A stretch of DNA of 64,000 bases from Owenia fusiformis (taxonomy: Eukaryota), in contig CAIIXF020000001.1 in the NCBI GenBank assembly GCA_903813345.2, positions 16,864,001 through 16,928,000 of the forward strand, given 5' to 3'. Positions 11,288 to 23,384 of this stretch are shown here, one piece after another (the stretch's first letter is position 1; every line of letters begins with the position of its first letter). Position numbers and translations under genes: made by a program. The notes beneath the pieces were generated by a model. That model worked only from the letters and a program-made list of their open reading frames with translations, was not told where the DNA came from and searched no databases.

Positions 11288-13986
11288 TTTATGTGTTGCT
11301 CATCCATGTTTTAGTATTGTTATTGAGAGAAACACGTACAGGGGTGAATGCTAGTGAAATGTAATTAAACAATGTAAGTATGTATCTAAGGGGTACAACA
11401 TAATGTTGTTTTCATTGGTCTCCGGGGCTGGAGATGAAATATTCATCAACGGGACTTGTTTCACTCTTGGAAAACATTTCGATGATATAAGAAACAGGGA
11501 TAGAATTGCCAGATACCACATTGCTAACTGCAGCAAAGTTTTGCACAAAAATCAATATTACTTTGTGATCCCAAGCGACAGCATTTGCTAGATAAAAGGG
11601 GTGGAAGGTTTCATTGACGATATCAGGTGAAAATTACTTGCAAGGGAATTAAGAGGGCTGAATGAGCATCACATGAAATGTTTAAGCAGATATGGATTTG
11701 TTTATAAAGCATCTGGAGCAAACATCGTAGCATTTCACCTGGAGAATGTTCTGCTTTAATATATGTAAAAATGTTGATACAAAAAGTGGTGCGGGAATCA
11801 GAATATTTATGTTTTGTTTAATTGGTAAGTTTTAAAAGTGATGTTGGAATCAAACTTACACAAAAAATGTTTGGAATTGTTTTCCGTTACTTCGACTTGG
11901 AAACTAGCTCACACCCCTCATTGAGCCAAATTGGAATGACCCAAGAATCAATATGGCCTCAAGAAGAAAGTTATTAGTGAAACTCATGAGAAGTTTATAA
12001 AACTTCTAATTTTCTAGCATTCTGTTGTTTAAGACCTTGAACACTACTGAGCTTGAATCTACGGATAATAATCAAGAACTTGGATTTATACATCTGTTAG
12101 AATTTGTCTATTGGATTCATTTTAATAGCAGGTACAATTCAAATTAGTTTAGTTTGTAATGTAATAACTAGCTTTTTGTTGCTTTATAGTCATGGCAGCG
12201 TGGACGTCTATTTCTGCACAAGTTCATTGGAGGGAGGGGGGGGGTATAATTTCATGCCTCCAAATTACTTTTTGCAGCATGTGTTACTTTTCCATCTCTA
12301 CTAATGCATTACACGATATGAAGTCAGAATTTTTTATTTAATTATGTCCATTTGTCAGAATTATAATCTCCAGGCATTTGCTGTTTAAGTCAGTGTTTAA
12401 CAGCGTTTACTTTGAAACAAACATAATGAGTTTATCAATATCATCTTACATTCATTTAATCATTCATTGTTTTTTAAGCAAGTAATCTTATCACAAGTGC
12501 AAAGTAGATTTGTATTACTAAATCCAAATCAATAAAATGTTGTATAAACACATCGAAACCAGTTGAAGGTTAAAATAACTACTGCATCCAAAGCCTCTAA
12601 ATACGAGAGTTATGATGTTGAGTATTGTTTTAAGTTATGTTAATCATTACTATATGGGTTTGAACTCAGGATCAAATCGCTAGACAATATTTGAGAAAAG
12701 GAGCAAAACTTGTATTGGCTTTGCTTTATAGATTTTATGTTCGAATTATTCAGATGTTATAACTCTGCAGCACTTTACAGTATCTTTGGATATCAATTAA
12801 TCTTATTCCTTTGTGATAAAATTCATTTTACATCCATCTTAATGTGTATGAATGTAGGAATGTATTGATAAGTCAAGATGCTTCTTTACGTGTGTGTCAA
12901 ATGGAAGAAATATCTAGGTATCTACAGTAGTTAGATATGGTTATATACCAGACATTACTCTCAATCCCAGAGCCTATATGTGATTACTACATCAAACTCT
13001 TTATAAGGGTAAACAGTATTAGAGGTAATCTTGTAATATTAAACATTGAAAATATCTCAATGGTTGAAAATATTTCAATGGTTGAATGGTTATCATTAAC
13101 TAACACTTTACTTTATGAAAGTATTTCAGATATTGAAACATCTATTGAAAATTAGTTCAATCATGTGTTTCAAATACCAACTCTGTTTTATTAATGATGT
13201 AGACTGTTTAATAGAAATAAGGAAAAAATTGATGTAATGTCGAGCCAAAACAAGCTTTTACAATGATGTAATGCCACGATTGTCAAATAAAATGAATGAC
13301 AATAAAATGAGGACAAAAAGAAACTAATTCTGTAAATTGTTTGGCATCGTCCATCTGCAGGCTATGAATGTATGATTAGAATTGAAATATACTAGTCATC
13401 TCAATAGGAATTAATTAATTGAACTACTTATCACATTTTCACTTAACTATAATTCTGATTTGTGATATCATTGTTAGCCAAGCAAAATGGGATGTGCAAT
13501 GTATATTTCTTCATATATCTTTCATTAGATCATTAGATAACTGTCATAGGGATAAAGTGTGACATTGATTGATGATTCAGAAATAGCTGTACTCATTCAG
13601 TAGGAATCCTCATTATTGATAACATTCATTGTATATAATCAACTTGAAATTACTCAACTTTGTCATTTGAGGTGTTCTGTTATTCAAATGTAATATTCAT
13701 TTCCCAAGACGTATACTTGTATAACTTCATGTATATATAAGGTCGAAAAGCAGTGATCAGCTGTTCTTATAAGATAAAAAAGATGAAAATAGAACTGTCT
13801 GTTTCCATAGACAATCAGTAGCTACTTTGTAAGTGTTGAAGGTTTCGGAGGTAAATAAAGTGTTACTTTCATTGTTTAACACCACAATTTGCGACAGAAG
13901 ATTTGCAAATGACTTTTGAGGGTTGGAAGGGAACAGTTATCGAGCAAAAATGAAACCATATTTTTTACTGCTGTTTTGATGAAACA

Positions 13987-14111
13987 TTATGTCACTACCA
14001 AAAGTAGTCACATATTTTTATGGTCTCCCATTTTTGACGGCAGTTAGCGTCTGGCATTCGAAATCTGTAACAAATGGCATGTGGTGAAATTTTGCATGTT
14101 AAAGCCTTGTT
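13987..14111 (+). mobile_element. Mini-HINE family D
   Basis: Same subTIR, core and 3' end as 11151-11287. Confidence 0.7.
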
Positions 14112-14853
14112 CCTCTTGTACTGACTTTTACTCAACAAAACTTTTTTAAGTAAAGATGTTCTTCAATATACTTCAAATACAATTATATGAATACTTGTAT
14201 CAAGGTATGCCACTTGATTTAACTTTGAACAGTCGCTGATGCTAAATGTTATTATGCAAACCTATAACAAAAATTCTAAGTTAATAAGTCTGATTAATCA
14301 TTCAACCTGGCTCTCCTTATACTCGTAACAGAAGGCTTTCTTGTGAAACTTTCTTTCATCTTCATCTCATGCTTGGTAGTTGGCTCTATGATATCAGTAT
14401 GGTAGAAAGGTGCCTATGACCTTCTTAATATTCATGACATTTTCATTATGTTTCGTGGAGGAATTAAGTAGAATAGGAATTTTCTCCATGGGATTACTAC
14501 CAATTTCTTAGCTTAGAAGAACCACTTGTGTTAAATCATCCATTCAGCTAATACTTCATTAATGTAAAATGGCAGCTTCCTTGGACTTGCGGAAGTCTCG
14601 CCATGGAAAATCCTGGAAAGATCAAATCAACTTTCTGAGACCAGACAAGTTTATAAAGTAGAAAATATTGGAAAACATGTTTAGAATCCCTTGTGGTTGC
14701 TGGTGTTGATTAGATGCTTCCTGTACATAACAGCTCGGAATTCATCTCAACATTTATTCTGCCTTTGTGCGTGATCATGCTTTGGATACTTTGTTTTATA
14801 TACTAAATGGAGATTTCATATCCAGCTCTAAGATATGTCTCAAATATTTAGTA

Positions 14854-15030
14854 CAGTAAAACCTGTCTTGGTGAAACACCTTTGTACCTCTTAAAAGTAT
14901 TCCACTCCGGAGCTGTTCCACTTGTAAAGGTTAATTTAACATTAAGTCAGTTGGTTCTGGGACTCTTAAAAGTGTTCTATTAACAGTGGTGTTCAACTTC
15001 TAGAGGTATTCCACTTTACAGGTTTAACTA
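14854..15030. mobile_element. Tc1/mariner(pogo)-type MITE
   Basis: TA|CAGTAAAACCTGT ... ACAGGTTTAACTA|TA; homologous to 16730-16914. Confidence 0.7.
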
Positions 15031-15496
15031 TAGTAAATTGAGGTTAAATAGAATACATTTTCACAGATTTCACTGTAGTTCCATTGTGATTTCCGAAGCC
15101 ATGGCTACCTCTTAAAGGAATAGGTACTCACAAGTATTAGATGAAGAGGGACTTTGATAAACTAGAATGGTGAAGTTCATCCATATATTTATGTTGCTTA
15201 ATTTCCTACTTAGTCATGTTTTGTGGCAATGCATCAAATTCTATACCTGAAATCTGATATCTTTTTATTATTATTATCTTAAGGTGTAACATTTGTAATG
15301 TACTTTGTTTCTTACTTAAAAAACAATCAGAAACCAGTCTGAAAAGTGCCAACGTAATGGTTATTAATCATTTTAGAATATTGTAAGAGGACAACTCCAA
15401 TCAGCTCTAGTCTGAATAAAATGAAAATAGTTGACACCATTTTCATTCCAACTAGTTGAAATGGAGAATACTATGTAGGAAGTTAACCATTAGGCG

Positions 15497-15614
15497 TGAC
15501 ATATTGTTATAGTCTCCAACTTTTTTATGGACGTTGTTCAGTGTTAAGCGCGGTCGGCATTAGTAAAAAATGGCAAGTGGTGACATATTGGCATATTGGA
15601 TGTTAGTGCCTTGT
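15497..15614 (+). mobile_element. Mini-HINE family D (5'-truncated, diverged)
   Basis: GTGACATATTGTTATAGTCTCCAACTTTT ... AAATGGCAAGTGGTGACAT ... GCCTTGT. Confidence 0.65.
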
Positions 15615-16729
15615 ATAAGAACTTGATATAATTTAGGGTGATGTGGCTTCATATGTTTTGGGTTTACCTGCTGTTTTGGGCTAATCTAAGATAAGAGTGC
15701 TGGTCTAACCTCAGTATCATCAGCAATGAGATTTGTAATATTAAATCCAGATAATTCAACTGTTAATGTTCTCATAATCTGATTATCCATACAGCTAAAT
15801 AGATTATCATGTAAAATACCAGGCATTCAGAGAGATAGCAACCTTGGTCCCTGAAAAACTAGGCCGGGGGATTAAATTTCTGGCAATGCAATCACCAGTA
15901 ATTGATGATATCTAGAATGCATATCTATAAAAAATAACAACTTCATGTAATGTATTATTGCATTGCCTTAGGGATTGATCGTTTAGTAGGGATAGGGTTA
16001 TCATCTTTATCGCCAGAATCATTGACATCAGAAACAAAATGTTTATTTTCAAACTGACAATGTTTATTCAAATAAGTTATAGGTCTCGCAGTCTCTATCA
16101 GAAGAAGTTCATGGGAAGATACCCCCTTTTCATGTCAAATATGATCTGTCACATAACATAGTTATTGTAACAATTTCAATTGATTTCAGTTTTTGCTGTC
16201 TCGTACACATACTAACGATATCCTTGATGCATTGATTTGTGGAAATATAACACCTTGTTTTGATAATGCCTATTGCCAAAATAACTTAAGTTGATTTTTC
16301 ATGAAAATAGTCGAGACTCGTATATTATGTCTGATAAAAAATTTCACAATTTCTGAAATATCATTCCACGATTTTTTTGTGTATGCCCTAGAAAGCCTAA
16401 TACTGCTTTATCAGTGAACTTAATCACACAGAAAGTTGCAAATGTTTTATGACACATTTATTGATTTTCTCTTTCTGCAACTAACTATAGCATGCAATTC
16501 TGGAGGGCAAGAAAGTAAACTTTGCTACGTGTCCTCATAAAGATTTTTGAAGACTATCAAGATGAAGTTCTGCAAAAGTATGCCCTCAAGGTGCACATTT
16601 GATAAATGTACCAATGAAATGTGATTTATATATAGCTGGACAAAGGGTTATTATTAATATCATATGGTGTCACTGTTAGTAGGTTTGAAAAGTTCATTAG
16701 TCTTGTAACTAGATGCAGAATATGAAGTA

Positions 16730-16914
16730 CAGTAAAACCTGTCTAATTGGAACACCTTTGGTACCTTTAAGAAATGTGCTTCTTGGAAGGTGGTTCACTC
16801 AGAGGTTCATTTTACATAAAGTCAGTTGGTCTTGAAACTCTGAAAAGTGTTCCACTAACCAGAGGTGTTCTACAGAGGTGTTCCACTTTTAAACAAAGTT
16901 TACAGGTTTCACTG
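16730..16914. mobile_element. Tc1/mariner(pogo)-type MITE, second copy
   Basis: TA|CAGTAAAACCTGT ... ACAGGTTTCACTG; internal similarity to 14854-15030. Confidence 0.7.
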
Positions 16915-17790
16915 AAAAGTAAATTGAGGTGAGATTAATTTAATTTGTCTTCATTACAATATTGTCTCTCATCACAAATTCTCTTTTTGAAGTAAGAGAG
17001 AATATACGGACATATGCCAGTTAATATATCTGTTCTTCTACATTTACATCAATAATCTGCAAAAGGCTGATAAGCTCATTTAAAGCAGATATAGCTATAG
17101 TTAAACAGTGATAGAACTTGAATAGAATTCAATTTAAACCTTAACATTAAAATAAATCTGTCGTTTGGTTTCAACTCATTTCAAAATTGAAAGGAAACTT
17201 TCTGGTTGGCCCTGTATCCCTCCCCCTCAAGGAAGTCGCTCCATGTTCTTATTACCAGTTAGGCTAGTTATATTCATAGAAGTTTCCTCATCATTAAATA
17301 AATCTTTCAGTCATATTCTGTAGGCCCTGTAGTCATTATACCAATGCAAATGTGAATCAAAGAAGAAAATGCCAATAACTTATCCTAGCTTCAATGTAAT
17401 TTGTTTTACAATTGTCAAGTTCTACTAAACTCATGATAATTTCACACTTCATCATTGACTGATTCAGAATCATTATATAAGGCTGATCTGTGATAATTTC
17501 AAAGTTTTTCCTAGAAAGATTTATTAATCAATTTGTGTTCATACTAATGCATTTTTACAGCTAAGATTTTTGTGAGTGTATATTGGTACAATGTATGCCA
17601 AAAATATGGATTAGTTGTGAATTATATGGAGAAGCCCCTCCCACTATTTGATCAGTATCAATAAATTTCGATTTTAATTAGAAGATAAAAATAGAGTAGT
17701 TTTAAAAATGAAAAAGTCATATGAACTAATTTTCTTATGGCCAGGCTCATATAATACTTTATATTATGCTGTATGGTTCTAATTATTAGA

Positions 17791-18961
17791 TTATTATCCC
17801 ATCGAACGAAGTTCGGAGGGATATAGGGAACGCCTCCGTCCGTCCGTACGTACGTACGTACGTCCATCCGTCCGTCCGTCCGTCCGGGCAATAACTCAAA
17901 TACCGTTGGCCCGATTTTGTTCATATTTTGTACACATATACCCTATGGGGGTAGAAGTTCTGCTCGAAAGCCGATTTTCAAAATGGCCGCTCATTTCAAA
18001 ATGGCGGCAATTTTAGTGACGATTTTACAGTAATTTAGGTGCAATATGTAAAACTGTAATAGCAATATGTTTTAAATGTAAAAAAATTATAAAGGACATT
18101 AATAATGCTACAAATGTAGATATTAAAAAAGCACATGGCAGCCATCTTGAAAAATGGCGGCATTTACTAGTCATTTTACGATTTTTGCTGTAACTCAAAA
18201 AATAGTGGAGCGATTTTGTTCATATTTGATGTGTGAATACTATAAGCATTGCACACTGTCTAAAGACACTTTTGGTAGAAGGCGGCCATTTTGAAAAATG
18301 GCCGCCATTTTAACGTATTTTACTATAACTCGAAAAGTAGTATAGCGATTTTGTTCATATTTGGCATGTGAATACTATAAGCATGGCACACTGTGTTATG
18401 ACACTTTTGGTAGAAGGCGGCCATTTTGAAAACAATTTTGAAAAATGGCCGCCATTTTAACGTATTTTACTATAACTCGAAAAGTAGTAGAGCGATTTTG
18501 TTCATATTTGGTATGTGAATTCTATAAGCATGGTACACCGTCTATTTCTAATGATGCTTTTGGTAGAAGGTGGCCATTTTGAAAAATGGCCGCCATTTTA
18601 ACGTATTTTACTATAACTCAAAAAGAAGTGGAGCGATTTTGTTCATATTTGATATGTGAATACTTTAAGCATGGCACATTGTCTAATAAAACTTTGGGGA
18701 GTAGTCGGCCATTTTGAAAAATGGCCACCATTTTTATGTGTGTTATTTTACAAGTACGTGTGCGATTTTTCAAAAATTTTAGAGGTGGCTACTTAAAAGC
18801 ATATTATTTCTCCTGATGACAACTTGGCTAGTGAGCAACCATTTTGAAAATGGTGGCCTTTCTGGTGTGTTGTTTTATGATATTTGCGCTTCGTTTGTAA
18901 AAATGCCAGCCATTTTTGTTTGATGGGATTCGCTACGCTTTGGCGTTGCCGTTGTTCTGGT
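17791..18961 (+). mobile_element. HINE family A, copy 2 (four internal tandem units)
   Basis: Colinear with 549-1600 but with one more ~135-bp unit and a different microsatellite length. Confidence 0.85.
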
Positions 18962-18983
18962 TATATCTAAATATTATAGGAAT

Positions 18984-19555
18984 ATCCTATGGTTTTGAAA
19001 AAATATCACTTATATCCATGAGTGGATATTGATATCTTCGCGAGTGAGCGCAGCGAATGAGTGAAGATACCGATATCCATGAGTGGATATAAGTGATATT
19101 TTTGAAAAACCATAGGATTGTCCGTTTATCCCATGGGGAATTATTATCCAGCGAACATTGAATATTGAATGTACGCCTTCCAATGAAAATTCCATTTTGT
19201 CTGACATTTTGATTGCAATAAGTCAACGAACGTCATAAACGTGACGTAACAGGGTGGTTTGTATTTAATGCGAACGCCGTAACAACTAGATCCAAAAAAA
19301 TAAAAAATATAAAGAATAGTTTTGCTGAATGAACAAAAAATTGAAAAAATCAAAACCATCGAATATCACTTTTGAAACCATCGAATATCACTTTTAAAAC
19401 CATCGAATATCACATTTCAAAAAGTGATATTCGATGGTTTCAAAAGTGATATTCGATGGTTTGGGAAATGTTTGCTAAAATATGATATCTTCATCCACGT
19501 ATCAATTATATCTTCACGTGATATTCGATCTATATCCTTCTAACCATGGGATAAA
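18984..19555 (-). mobile_element. Hairpin + subterminal-IR element, same architecture as 30957-31387 but different sequence
   Basis: 135-bp hairpin 18984-19118; TTTATCCCATGG (19125) / CCATGGGATAAA (19544-19555) IR; internal inverted array of AAAACCATCGAATATCAC units. Confidence 0.75.
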
Positions 19556-19901
19556 TAGATATACCTAGAATCAGATGTTCTGCAATAAGCAATATAATTT
19601 CAATATACTGCACATTTTTAACTATAGAAAGATTTAGACCATTGTATTTTCTCATTGAAATGAGCTCATCAGTCATCACTATAAAGATAATTGCCTTGAA
19701 TGTATAGGATATCATTCGGGTATTATCACATATTCACGGACAATGTTCATTTAGCATGACAGACTGTGGTTGAAATGTAGCTACTCTTTGAGAGTGCTTC
19801 CATTAATGTTTTATTTATAAGTGTTTTTTTTCTTCAGTTGTAAAGTCCTATTGGGAAAGTAACTATTGTTATAATGTGTTTGTATGTTTCATGTTTTTCA
19901 G

Positions 19902-19951
19902 AATCAGACAGCAACAGTAGCAATGATACAGATATGAATAAGAGTCCTAAG
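19902..19951 (+). CDS. MYT1L: MYT1-like coding exon 3 (ESDSNSSNDTDMNKSPK)
   Basis: tttttcag| acceptor, AAG|GTAAGT donor, phase 1 to 0. Confidence 0.78.
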
Positions 19952-20357
19952 GTAAGTAGAGAGGGTTAGTTTAGGCTCAAGATATTTGCAGTGAACCTTT
20001 TGTTGAGGAATATTTTTATGTTTTTGAGACTGTGCTTGGACCGATAATATACATGTATCTCAAAATGTATCCCTAAAATCAAAATATAACTCATTATATT
20101 TTGCAATAAATCAGTTCTGATGGAATCTTCTCATGTTTAGAGAGATCGGTTACCGAATAAATTAGTGATGATATCATACAGTTATCATAAATTAATGTGT
20201 TACACTTTTTGTGTCACCCTGTATATTTTGTTTACTGCATATTCAGTCACATCAGAAATAATTACAAAAGGTCGTCACATTAGAAGAAATTATCCTAATA
20301 TGGATGGTTTCATTCTGCCATAGCAACCAGTCATTTTAATTTCATTTGTTTCTTCAG

Positions 20358-20428
20358 GATGATTCTCTGGTTGAAGCCAAGCGAACTAGAAGCAAAACAG
20401 CAATTGAAAACACAGTCGACTTTACAGG
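20358..20428 (+). CDS. MYT1L: MYT1-like coding exon 4 (DDSLVEAKRTRSKTAIENTVDFT)
   Basis: tcttcag| acceptor, GG|GTATGA donor; KRTRSK resembles the RTRSK motif preceding finger 1 in vertebrate MYT1/MYT1L. Confidence 0.85.
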
Positions 20429-20892
20429 GTATGATTTTCAATTATACAGCACAGTACAGTTAATACTCACTGTAGGTAACCACAGCACCTTTAAAAAGTG
20501 CCAGTCCGTTAGGTTTAGTTAGATTTGATATTTCCATTTTGGAATATATTTATTCTACTTTGAAAAAAGCTATCTGAATTGATATAAATAAATTATAATA
20601 TAGGAGTTATCCTGTTTCATTTAACGGACAGCTTTTTAACCAATCAGCAACTTTGACAATTTCATCCCGATCCCAATATTAACTCTAAGTTTCTTACCAT
20701 ATATGTAAATATTTATTAATTTATGAAATTAACAGATTAACACCTTTATCAAAATACATATGTAGTCAGAATCAGTATATACGTAAATAAACATGAATTA
20801 CACATCTCAATGTAAAAAATCAAGAGTTGCCAATAGTTTGCCCCCTCTAACTGACCTAGAAGACCTAAAATACCTACTTGGTGGAAACTCTT

Positions 20893-21064
20893 CAGGCCCG
20901 TAGCGAGGGGGGGGGGGGGTTCAAGGGGTTCGAGCCCTGGCCAAAAAAGTATTTCAAAATCATGCAGTTTTACACCATTCTGATTTCGGCCAAAGTTGTC
21001 TAGAGTGAACCCCCCTGGGATTTTTTAAAAGTGTACCCCCCTTGGCAAATCCTGGCTACGAGCC
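20893..21064. mobile_element. hAT-like MITE remnant
   Basis: CAGGCCCGTAGC ... GCTACGAGCC with G/C runs; no clear TSD. Confidence 0.45.
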
Positions 21065-22782
21065 ACCTTGTTCTACCTTGGTCTATTGGCCTTACAAGTG
21101 GATCCTACACAATATTAGAGATATGAAAGGAGATACCGGATGTATCTGGAAGAAATTCCCAGGAAAATGCAAACACTCAATACTTGTGTAGATTAATTCT
21201 TGTCCTCCCTAAGACCTGATTAGTTCGGTTTGTCATTCCAATAGATGTTATTTACCAATGTTCTAATAAATCACATCAATCTCCCATGTATTATCAAAAT
21301 GTGCTGATAACCATAATAAGTATCTGATCCAAGTTTTCCTATATTTTATTATGCCATTTGCCGCTCATATATTAGACCTAATATCATGGAACATAATATC
21401 AACTCATAGACAGTCCATCAGCAAGAATACATTGCCTCTCATTTAATGTGACCCAGCTGAGCTGAATCTGAAGAGAATTTATGGTAAATGTTCTGCCAAA
21501 TTGTATTAAACTTGAATGTGAAATGTGACTGTAAATCAATGAGGCTTTGTATACCAGTAAGGACAGGAGCTGTATCTAAGACAGGATTTATATCCCTCAA
21601 TTCTTGTATATTGAAAACGCCAACAAGTGCAAAATTGTTTCAGACTGGAGGCAATTATGTGGGATGTTAAGGAAAAGCACTGAACCGTTAACTGTGGTCA
21701 GGGGTAGAGACCATAGATTGTCAACATTTTTGTTTAACTATATTTGACGCACCTTTTTCGGGAATAAACGCAGTCAGACTTTTTATACAGACATATGACT
21801 GTCCAAAAACCTCTGCCTTATCCGTCACGTTCAAAATTGTGAAATTATTTACATATCGATTGTGTAAGATACATATCATTATGAATTAAAAATAATTTAG
21901 GATGAGTGTATTGGGTATTGAGCCTTTCTGTGAACATATTGCTTGCAATTTGTTATCCCCCTATATGACACAAACCTTAAACTAAAACCAATAGCTAGTT
22001 GAATACACAGGTTGATCTGACACTAACAAGAAAATGATCATATTAATTTTCAGTAGATTGTAACTCATGACATTGAAGATCCTACTTATTTGAAGATTAG
22101 ATCCACATTAGAACTGTCATATATCACATGACTTAATTCATTAGGTTTTCCTATTAGATCGAAAGGCATTGGTTTCAATTTTTATTATGGCATAATACGT
22201 CGCGTCTTTTTACCATATACTATATCGTACATTATAAAAATTTGATATCATTACTCAGGTGAAACAAGGACAAAACAAAATTATAGTAGCGGTTTCCCTA
22301 GAATTTCTCACGACGGTTAAATAAGTGAAAACAACAGGCAAAACTGACGGAAATCAAAAATTTAACATGAAAAAGTTGAAAAGTCCCTAAAAACAACAGG
22401 CAGGCGATTTTGTGAAAACAACTGGTAAAAATCGCCTGTTGTCTACTGCTAATGAAACCCCTGAATACAATATAACAAAGATTAGTTTAGTTTGGCATGA
22501 GCTTAATACCATTTATACAGTATCCAATTTTTATAGGTTTAACTTGACTCAAAACTTGTTCTACTAATAAACAATTCCACTAGTGAATAGTAACTCAAGA
22601 AATAACGATCAATAACAGAACAAAAATTACTTACAACAATATAAGTCTTTCAATAAATCATTGGGGAGTATTAGTCTGGAGTCATTTTTTTCCTAATGAA
22701 ATTCTCTAAATATTTGGACAACTTAATGTTGTTTGTTTTGTTCAGAACTAAATTGTAGTGGAACTTGTAATTCTGTTTGCAG

Positions 22783-22845
22783 GTGTCCAACTCCAGGGTG
22801 CACAGGTCAAGGTCATGTCACTGGCAAGTTTGCCCGGCATAGGAC
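22783..22845 (+). CDS. MYT1L: MYT1-like exon 5, zinc finger 1 N-part ([20 protein letters not shown])
   Basis: C2HC finger signature; tttgcag| and AC|GTAAGT, phase 2-2. Confidence 0.95.
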
Positions 22846-22953
22846 GTAAGTAGACTATTTACCTAATACTCTTATTCATACAGCTTACAACATACAACAG
22901 AAATGCCCATTACTTAATCATTCATTTACAAATAATGGTTCTCTTCTTATTAA

Positions 22954-23244
22954 CCTCTTGACTACCTGGAGTGACGAGACTTCTCGTCACCTCAGAAATG
23001 ACCTTGATACCCAGAGTGATGAGAAAATCTGTCACAAAATTGTTCACTAAAATTATTCTTATTTGAACAAGTTTCATCCAATTTACACAAAAATTGTTTT
23101 AAAACATGTCGAAATGATCTCTGCCATCTAATTTTACGTAGTTGAGCATCTAAAGTTGTATTGGTATATAGTAAAATGTCAAAAGGTGACAAAAATGAAA
23201 AATTCTCTGGTTTCAACTGATTTCAGAGCCTGGGATTCAAGAGA
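22954..23244. mobile_element. piggyBac-like MITE
   Basis: TTAA|CCTCTTGACTACCTGG ... CCTGGGATTCAAGAGA|TTAA. Confidence 0.6.
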
Positions 23245-23384
23245 TTAAAAGTCCTCCTTTTTTAATTCAATTCAATTTATATAAGTAAACATTAAATCAA
23301 ACATATTGTATTATAATTGAGTATGAGTTACAAGGATGCAATTATTAGGTCACTTGATTAATATGACAATGTTGGTGTTTTTAG

